32,000 bases of DNA from Nanopusillaceae archaeon (lineage in GTDB: Archaea > Nanobdellota > Nanobdellia > Nanobdellales > Nanobdellaceae). Below the pieces are notes generated by a model that made no database searches, was not told the DNA's origin, and saw only the letters and a list, made by a program, of their open reading frames with translations. Position 1 is the first letter of the stretch. Each line of letters starts with the position of its first letter. Positions 8,673 through 15,071 of this stretch are shown here, one piece after another. Position numbers and translations under genes: made by a program. Location of the stretch: assembly GCA_049974095.1 (NCBI GenBank), contig JBMFJD010000002.1:43508-75507 (forward strand), written 5' to 3'.

Positions 8673-9443
8673 CTATATTAATTCATCCTGTATAGTTTCT
8701 CTGCTATTTCCTTCATTATCCTTTGCATTAATTACTATATTATATATACCTGCATTAATAGAGTTTGGTATACTAATTGTAGATGAAATTGTACAAGATG
8801 AAAAAGTTATACAAGATGTTTGATTAAGAGAACATGCAATTCCATTTGGTGATATGCATGAAAATGATATATTATATGGAGTATTTTGAGGTAGATTTTC
8901 TTGCGCAGTTATATATATACTTGTGGATCCTCCAGATTGCAATGTTATTAGAGAATTATTTGGATATAAATAAATAATTCCTTTTATACTATAAGTTTGC
9001 TGATAGTTTAGCTCTCCTAAACTTATTATAATACTGTTTGGAGAATTTTTTTCAATTATTAAAGGTAATACTTCATAATTTTTTCCATAAAATGATGTAT
9101 AATAAATTCCCGAAGTATAATATTGGATTAAATTATTTGTAGTATTTATATAAACTAAGCATGGAAATGAATAATTATAATATGTATTATATATATAACA
9201 TGTAACAGTATTTCCATTTGAAGAAACATAATTTAAATACTTATTTACTTTAAAATTGAGATAAATAGTAGTTCCATTATTTGAATAGCATACTTGTTGA
9301 ATAGTATTAAATAAATTTTGACATTCAGATATTTCAGTATAAATTTCTTCTGTTTGATAATTTATATTAGTAAATTTAAAATATAATAATAAAGATAAGC
9401 TAAAAACAATAATACTTATTATTATCCAAAACCATTTTTCCAT
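8673..9443 (-). CDS. N-terminally anchored surface protein with C-terminal Ig-like/adhesin-like domain, 8 Cys
   Basis: 256 aa. N-terminus MEKWFWIIISIIVFSLSLLLYF. The C-terminal roughly 75 aa (…ISFSCISPNGIACSLNQTSCITFSSCTISSTISIPNSINAGIYNIVINAKDNEGNS) has the xGxYxIxIxAxDxxGNS strand pattern common in Ig-like adhesin/S-layer domains. The upstream 32-nt spacer has a TATA-like box at 9466..9473. Confidence 0.55.
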   Translation of the reverse strand: MEKWFWIIISIIVFSLSLLLYFKFTNINYQTEEIYTEISECQNLFNTIQQVCYSNNGTTIYLNFKVNKYLNYVSSNGNTVTCYIYNTYYNYSFPCLVYINTTNNLIQYYTSGIYYTSFYGKNYEVLPLIIEKNSPNSIIISLGELNYQQTYSIKGIIYLYPNNSLITLQSGGSTSIYITAQENLPQNTPYNISFSCISPNGIACSLNQTSCITFSSCTISSTISIPNSINAGIYNIVINAKDNEGNSRETIQDELI

Positions 9444-9475
9444 ATTTTATCTATAAAATATTATGATATATAAAG

Positions 9476-9883
9476 CTATCCTTGTAATTGGATATATACA
9501 TATTCTCCAGTAGAGTAAACTAATATATAATCTCCAGAATTTATTGTATAATTGCAATTTTGCATAACAACACTAGGATTAATTTGATTTACTAAATTAA
9601 TTAAATCTTGACATGTAAAAGATTTTCCTTGATACGAAATTAGATAACATAATCCATTTTCTTTTTTTTCATAACAAGAAATTATATCCAAAGCTATAGT
9701 ATCAATTGACGATACATTTGTTTCAACAATAGTTTGCGTATTATTGTATTTAGGTAATGTATGATTAATAAAAGATGTTATATTTCCTTTAAAGTAATAT
9801 ATAATTCCAATTATTGTTAAAGTAACAATAATACCTATTATTATTAAAAACGTTAAGCTTACAGGCATTTCCTGATTTTTCAT
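9476..9883 (-). CDS. Small pilin-like protein (MKNQ + hydrophobic helix), 4 Cys
   Basis: 135 aa. N-terminus MKNQEMPVSLTFLIIIGIIVTLTIIGIIYYF. 4 Cys. Size and architecture are typical of a minor pilin. Confidence 0.6.
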   Translation of the reverse strand: MKNQEMPVSLTFLIIIGIIVTLTIIGIIYYFKGNITSFINHTLPKYNNTQTIVETNVSSIDTIALDIISCYEKKENGLCYLISYQGKSFTCQDLINLVNQINPSVVMQNCNYTINSGDYILVYSTGEYVYIQLQG

Positions 9884-9912
9884 ATTTTTATATAGTCCTT
9901 ATTATTTTATAT

Positions 9913-10392
9913 TTATTGCCATAAAATGATATTGCTATTATTATATATAATAAATAAACTATTGTATGGATAAATTATTTCATCATTATTCTTTAAATGG
10001 AATTCTAAATTATTAATATTGAATGTAGAGTAATTTTCAAGATAATTTGTTATATTTGTTAAATTTAAACTAATATTTTCATCTATATAGATATCATAAC
10101 AAATATTAAATAAAGTATTTTTGTCTATATTATTATAATAGCAATTTATTATAAATCCAGAGATATCAGAGATAATTTCATCCTCAGTTTGATTTGTAAA
10201 TATAATACTTATTGCTGATGGGTAATATTTTATACATGAAGGGGAAAATCCACCCTCAGAAATTAATGTTTTGCAGTAATATAATTGAGAATTTGCAAAA
10301 AATTTTGTATATACAATATCTAATATTACAAATACCGATATTATCGCAATAATTATAATAAATGTAGTATCTATTGCTATGTCAGTTTTCAT
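9913..10392 (-). CDS. Small pilin-like protein (MKTD + hydrophobic helix), 4 Cys
   Basis: 159 aa. N-terminus MKTDIAIDTTFIIIIAIISVFVILDIVY. 4 Cys. ATGA overlap with the upstream gene at 10389..10392. Confidence 0.55.
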   Translation of the reverse strand: MKTDIAIDTTFIIIIAIISVFVILDIVYTKFFANSQLYYCKTLISEGGFSPSCIKYYPSAISIIFTNQTEDEIISDISGFIINCYYNNIDKNTLFNICYDIYIDENISLNLTNITNYLENYSTFNINNLEFHLKNNDEIIYPYNSLFIIYNNSNIILWQ

Positions 10393-10676
10393 ATATAACT
10401 AATATTACCTTCATAAATATATATTATTCTATATCCTGCGGGAATTGTTATATTATTGATTGTACAATTTTCTGTTAAATATATTTTTTCATCAATTATT
10501 TTATAATAACTTTCATTATATAATTTATATAATTGATTGCAATTTAATGTTATTACATTATTTTCACCATTTATATTTTTATTAACTTTGTAAATATATG
10601 AAAATGCAAAAATAGATGCTACAACAATTAGTATAAAACTTATTATTGCCCAATAAATATATTGTTGGTTTTTCAT
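10389..10676 (-). CDS. Very small pilin-like protein (MKNQ + hydrophobic helix), 2 Cys
   Basis: 95 aa. N-terminus MKNQQYIYWAIISFILIVVASIFAFSYIY. 2 Cys. ATGA overlap with the platform gene at 10673..10676. Confidence 0.55.
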   Translation of the reverse strand: MKNQQYIYWAIISFILIVVASIFAFSYIYKVNKNINGENNVITLNCNQLYKLYNESYYKIIDEKIYLTENCTINNITIPAGYRIIYIYEGNISYI

Positions 10677-12643
10677 AATTGTATTGTAGTTGGTAAATAT
10701 GGGCCAAATATAGTATATACTAACATTATACCCAATAATGAAAATATTACATAAAATATCGTTCCTGTTATTAAATTTCTTCCTACGTAATATGAAATCA
10801 TTGTACTATCAAATCCATATTTTATTCCTGCAGTCATAAAAGAAGTAATAGCTACATATTCTATAAAAAATATTCCTATTATTGCTTCAAAATATGTTGG
10901 AGGAATAAGGTTATAGAGATTAAATGTATTTACAATAAAATTGTATAAGCTAAATGATCCTCCAATACCCAACGATTGGCTAATCATTTGAAAAAAATAT
11001 GCAATTGCAAATAATATTGATACAATAGCATTATTAAATACTGTTACTAATGAAGAAATAAATGGAATTAGATCTCTAGATGTTATATCTAGCATATTTA
11101 CTATTTCATTCAATATTTTTCTTACATTATATCTTATATTCATAACATTTTCTAAATTATATGATATATTATATGTAATCTGAGACAAAACTTGTGGACC
11201 TTTTGGCAGAGAAAGAACTATTAATTGCATTGTTTCTCCAATTAATTTTGATGGATAATAGTTTAAAGATCCAATTTTTCTATCAAAAATTGATGTGACT
11301 AGATCATATCCCTTTCTTAAATTATATAATGTAATTTTTAGAAATCTTTCCATTACTCCAGATGACTTTATTATTTTATAGTTATCATATGTTTTTTGTA
11401 TTACAGCCTCCATTGGATATCCATCTTCTAATAATGATGCAAATTCATATGTAACAATTGGAAATTCATTTTCTATTTCTTCTATTTGATTTATTCTTTT
11501 TACTTTTTGGAAAGATACTAAATAGTAATATGAACCAATTCCTAATCCCAAACCCAAAGGTAACATTAATGTTAAAAATGAATATATTAATGCTCTATCC
11601 TGATAAACAATATTTAAATAATCACTAAGATCCCCCTGAGGTAAAAACAAGATTTTTAATGATAAAGCAATTAAATGATATATTCCTAATATTGCAATAG
11701 ATCCCAATATAATTGAAACAATTATTGCTGGAATTTCTTTATTTCCAATTTTAAATTTTCCAGGAGAAGGTAAATCTTTAGATAAAGATAAATCTGGAAC
11801 TGAAAATGCAAATGGATTTCTAGATAATAGATTTTGTATAAATAAGAATGTTATTACAGGTAAAATAATTATATAACTAAATGCAATAAAATAAAAACTT
11901 ACAGTATTTAATAGAAATATCGATAATATTGGTAATATTATTAAACTAATTAGCGGCATCATAACTAAAAAAGAAACAATAACTGTAGCAGGTTGCTTTA
12001 ATTCATCTACATAATTTTGAGATCTTTCTAATGATTTCTTTAATATCCAATTTAATATTCTATCTACTAATTTGTTTATTTCTTCAACAGAGTTCTTATA
12101 TTTTATATTTATTAAATGAGTCATTGCATATACAAAATCTGGACTCAAGTAAAACCATCTATATTGATAAAATTGAATTGCAGACTCTATATCTTTAAAC
12201 CTATTTGTTTCTAAATCATAAATTAGTTTTTTGAAATCATCGGCAATTACACCTTTCATATAATATGCAACATATTGTATTGCGCCTTCTAAATTTGGAT
12301 TCCTTTTAATATATAAGGATAAATATAAAATTATCCAAACAATTTCAGAAGTTGCTTGTATTTTTACAATTTGTGTATATAATATTGGATAGTACATTAA
12401 GTATAAATCCAGTATTATTAATGATATTAATAAAGAAAATGCTAGTTGAAAAGAAACAAAGCTTAATATAAAAAATATTACTATAGAAAATATTAATAAT
12501 GTTATTGTGGAGGAAAATATTTTGTTAGGATCTGTATTTAATTTATTTAACCATAAATGAAATGCATATAATTTATATATTGGTTGAGGGGCTCTTAATT
12601 TAATTAATGCAAAATTATTATAAAAATTTTCAAAAAAAGACAT
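10673..12643 (-). CDS. FlaJ/TadC/PilC-like type IV filament membrane platform protein (two T2SSF-like repeats)
   Basis: 656 aa, no Cys. Architecture is TM block, helical cytoplasmic domain (AIQYVAYYMKGVIADDFKKLIYDL…AIQFYQ…), TM block, second cytoplasmic domain (EFPIVTYEFASLLEDGYPMEAVIQK…ITLYNLRKGYDLVTSIF), TM block. This is the duplicated T2SSF arrangement of archaeal FlaJ/TadC proteins. The assignment rests on pattern recognition only; no HMM search was possible. Confidence 0.5.
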   Translation of the reverse strand: MSFFENFYNNFALIKLRAPQPIYKLYAFHLWLNKLNTDPNKIFSSTITLLIFSIVIFFILSFVSFQLAFSLLISLIILDLYLMYYPILYTQIVKIQATSEIVWIILYLSLYIKRNPNLEGAIQYVAYYMKGVIADDFKKLIYDLETNRFKDIESAIQFYQYRWFYLSPDFVYAMTHLINIKYKNSVEEINKLVDRILNWILKKSLERSQNYVDELKQPATVIVSFLVMMPLISLIILPILSIFLLNTVSFYFIAFSYIIILPVITFLFIQNLLSRNPFAFSVPDLSLSKDLPSPGKFKIGNKEIPAIIVSIILGSIAILGIYHLIALSLKILFLPQGDLSDYLNIVYQDRALIYSFLTLMLPLGLGLGIGSYYYLVSFQKVKRINQIEEIENEFPIVTYEFASLLEDGYPMEAVIQKTYDNYKIIKSSGVMERFLKITLYNLRKGYDLVTSIFDRKIGSLNYYPSKLIGETMQLIVLSLPKGPQVLSQITYNISYNLENVMNIRYNVRKILNEIVNMLDITSRDLIPFISSLVTVFNNAIVSILFAIAYFFQMISQSLGIGGSFSLYNFIVNTFNLYNLIPPTYFEAIIGIFFIEYVAITSFMTAGIKYGFDSTMISYYVGRNLITGTIFYVIFSLLGIMLVYTIFGPYLPTTIQL

Positions 12644-12650
12644 TTTAAAT

Positions 12651-13406
12651 TTATGTTAGACCGTTTAGTTGCTGATATGGTATCTGTAGTAGGAATTCAC
12701 ATAGTGGTATTCCTAAGCTATTATTTACTATATTTAATTTTGAGCAATTTCCTGTTACATATAATGTTTGATTTATTACTTGTAAACTTAAATTACATCC
12801 ATTATTTGTATTATAATAATTTAATACTTTTAATAACGCTACAAATACCTGATCTGTAATCCATGTTGGTATCATTCCTGAACATTGTTGTGGTCCTGGA
12901 TATAATATTTGATTTTGAGAAGGTGCAGAGAAATATATATTTGCTGTTTGTGTTTGTACATTAAATGATGTTAATGGAGAGTAATTACCAAATACTAATG
13001 ATGTAGCTTTCTCTGGAGATTTTTGTAAAGTATTAATATAATATTGACATTCAATATACATACAATCTAATGGGGTTACAGGATATCCTTCATATGTACA
13101 TTGATTATTCGATCCCCCATATAATTGCAAAATTACACTACAAGGTACAGAATTTGCACATAAATAATATCCTGGTTGTGGTTCTATAATACCTTGTCCT
13201 ATTGTTTCATATTTTGAGCAAAAAAATGATATACTCTGACATTCACTTATGCAATCGCTCACCGCTTGTTGTATTTCTGTATTAGATATTTTTGAAATAT
13301 TTGAAGATTGTTGCTGGAATAATTTTATTACTATTACTGCTACTACTAACATAATTAATATTACGAAAATCAATTCAACAGCCATTTCTATAGATCTCTT
13401 TTTCAT
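12651..13406 (-). CDS. Pilin-like secreted protein (MKKRS + IEMAVELIFVIL helix), 12 Cys; first gene of the cluster
   Basis: 251 aa. N-terminus MKKRSIEMAVELIFVILIMLVVAVIVIKLF has a basic leader, a small residue, then a hydrophobic helix, as in archaeal class III signal peptides. 12 Cys. TTATAAAT box at 13428..13435 (minus strand), 21 nt upstream of the ATG. Confidence 0.6.
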   Translation of the reverse strand: MKKRSIEMAVELIFVILIMLVVAVIVIKLFQQQSSNISKISNTEIQQAVSDCISECQSISFFCSKYETIGQGIIEPQPGYYLCANSVPCSVILQLYGGSNNQCTYEGYPVTPLDCMYIECQYYINTLQKSPEKATSLVFGNYSPLTSFNVQTQTANIYFSAPSQNQILYPGPQQCSGMIPTWITDQVFVALLKVLNYYNTNNGCNLSLQVINQTLYVTGNCSKLNIVNNSLGIPLCEFLLQIPYQQLNGLT

Positions 13407-13427
13407 AGAATGATAGAATATTTTGAT

Positions 13428-13435
13428 ATTTATAA
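13428..13435 (-). promoter_or_regulatory. TATA box (TTATAAAT) of the surface-cluster promoter; leaderless geometry
   Basis: The minus strand reads TTATAAAT, followed by 21 nt and then the ATG at 13406. It sits in the 31-nt spacer after the DUF371 stop. Confidence 0.45.
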
Positions 13436-13437
13436 GT

Positions 13438-13845
13438 TTAATAATAAATTATAAAAAATAATTCCTTTTCTTCTCTCAATTTCTCAACTATTTTCCTATT
13501 TATATCAATAGCACTTTTATTTGAATAAATAGCAAAAGTTCTATTATCAATATAATTACTTTTCCTAATTACAATACTTTTTTCATCTGTTAGTTTTAAA
13601 TTTTTAGATCCATAAGCAATTAAGTTATCTATTAAATCATCTACTTTTATTTCTATTTTTATTTTTCCTTCATTTAATAAATAATCTTTTAGATCATTTG
13701 GCAAATCTTTAACAGAATGAGTAGAATTTATACCAATAATGCAATCCCCCCTTTCAGTTAAAAAATTTTCTTTAGTAATTTCTAACGTAGATTTATGTGT
13801 TGCCTTTATTAATTTACTTCCTCTAGCCTTTATTACCAACTTCAT
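13438..13845 (-). CDS. DUF371 domain protein
   Basis: 135 aa. KATHKSTLEITKENFLTERGDCIIGINS and SIVIRKSNYIDNRTFAI match my recollection of the conserved archaeal DUF371 signature (H-x-T-x-E-x-T, GDCIIG, VIRKS). Overlaps the upstream ATP-grasp gene by 23 nt. Confidence 0.55.
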   Translation of the reverse strand: MKLVIKARGSKLIKATHKSTLEITKENFLTERGDCIIGINSTHSVKDLPNDLKDYLLNEGKIKIEIKVDDLIDNLIAYGSKNLKLTDEKSIVIRKSNYIDNRTFAIYSNKSAIDINRKIVEKLREEKELFFIIYY

Positions 13846-14677
13846 TTAAGTATTCTAATATTTTTCTAGTTACATTTTTTCCGACATACTTTTCAAATCC
13901 TTCATATTGAAATATATTATGTATATCTATTAAATAATATTCATCATCCTTTATTAATACATCATATGCAAATATTTGTAAATCTGCTTTTTCCATTATT
14001 TTATAACCAATTTCCTTTAATTCTTCATTTAATTCATAAGGTTTTCCATATGCTCCTTGACTTATATTTCCTTTAAAAGATTTTTCATTTATTCTTTGCA
14101 TTCCTCCAAAAGGTTCTCCAACAAAGAGTACTCTTATATCTTTTTCATATGGTATATATTTTTGAAATATTAAGAATCTCAAATTTCCTTTTTTATTTAT
14201 TAAATAATCCTCTAAAAATTTATACAATTCTTCTTCGCTATTTATTTTATATACAAATTCCCCTCTATGAATTAATTGATGCTTTATTACCATAGGAAAT
14301 CCTATTTTCTTTATTATATATTCTATATTATCTAAAGAATAGATCTTTGCAAATTCTGGTATTTTTACATATTTATATAAATAATAATAAAACATAGCTT
14401 TGTACATTATTGCTTCTTTTACATGTATTTTATTTACCACATTTTTTCCATTTTCGTATAAAAATTTTGCAAGCATATGCATATCATATGTAGAAGTAGT
14501 ACCTAAGAAAAAATAATATGTATCATAATCTAAAAATCTACTTTCTTCAAATGGAAAAATTTCTTCCTTGTTCATTTCTATCATATTAATATTATTAAAA
14601 TTCCTAATTTCTTCTGTCATTCTCTTTATTCTATAATCTTCAGCTTTTTCTCTTATTAGTATGGCAATCTTGCTCAT
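13823..14677 (-). CDS. ATP-grasp ligase, RimK-like
   Basis: 284 aa. FLIFQKYIPYEKDIRVLFVGEPFGGMQRINEKSFKGNISQGAYGKPYEL … IFAYDVLIKDDEYYLIDIHN follows the RimK/ATP-grasp core (QxxI…D-x-R-V…R…N…G-G…D…E-x-N). The substrate is unknown. Confidence 0.6.
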   Translation of the reverse strand: MSKIAILIREKAEDYRIKRMTEEIRNFNNINMIEMNKEEIFPFEESRFLDYDTYYFFLGTTSTYDMHMLAKFLYENGKNVVNKIHVKEAIMYKAMFYYYLYKYVKIPEFAKIYSLDNIEYIIKKIGFPMVIKHQLIHRGEFVYKINSEEELYKFLEDYLINKKGNLRFLIFQKYIPYEKDIRVLFVGEPFGGMQRINEKSFKGNISQGAYGKPYELNEELKEIGYKIMEKADLQIFAYDVLIKDDEYYLIDIHNIFQYEGFEKYVGKNVTRKILEYLNEVGNKG

Positions 14678-14694
14678 CTTATTATCTGATATAA

Positions 14695-14712
14695 AAAAGT
14701 TATAAATCTTTT
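14695..14712. promoter_or_regulatory. Shared bidirectional TATA element between the ATP-grasp gene and rpoH
   Basis: AAAAG-TTATAAAT-CTTTT is centred in the 50-bp divergent spacer 14678..14727. The octamer is 20 nt from the rpoH ATG and 22 nt from the ATP-grasp ATG. Complementary purine tracts (BRE-like) flank it on both sides. Confidence 0.5.
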
Positions 14713-14727
14713 AAGTAAAATAGGAAT

Positions 14728-15039
14728 ATGGGTAAGAAATCTTCTAAGTCTGCTAAAAAAACTAAAAAGGAGAAAAAGAATGTTAGAAAATTAAGAGACT
14801 TATCTGAGATAGATATAACAAAACATTATTTTGTTCCAAAACATGAATTATTAACTGAAGAAGAAAAACAAGAATTATTGAAAAAATATAATATTAAACT
14901 ATCAGATTTACCAAGAATAAAATTATCTGATCCAGCAATTAAAAATCTTGGAGCAAAGCCAGGAGATATTGTAAGAATAATTAGAAATTCACCAACAGCA
15001 GGAGTGAGCGCATATTATAGAGTGGTTGTGGAAGATTAG
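14728..15039 (+). CDS. rpoH: DNA-directed RNA polymerase subunit H (Rpo5) with Lys-rich N-terminal extension
   Basis: [69 protein letters not shown] is the canonical RpoH domain. It is preceded by 29 extra residues, [29 protein letters not shown]. Confidence 0.93.
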   Translation: MGKKSSKSAKKTKKEKKNVRKLRDLSEIDITKHYFVPKHELLTEEEKQELLKKYNIKLSDLPRIKLSDPAIKNLGAKPGDIVRIIRNSPTAGVSAYYRVVVED

Positions 15040-15041
15040 GT

Positions 15042-15049
15042 TTATAAAT
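15042..15049 (+). promoter_or_regulatory. TATA box (TTATAAAT) upstream of rpoB''
   Basis: The exact octamer lies 22 nt upstream of the GTG at 15072, in the 32-nt rpoH-rpoB'' spacer. Confidence 0.45.
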
Positions 15050-15071
15050 ATAATTTGTAAATATTACAGAG

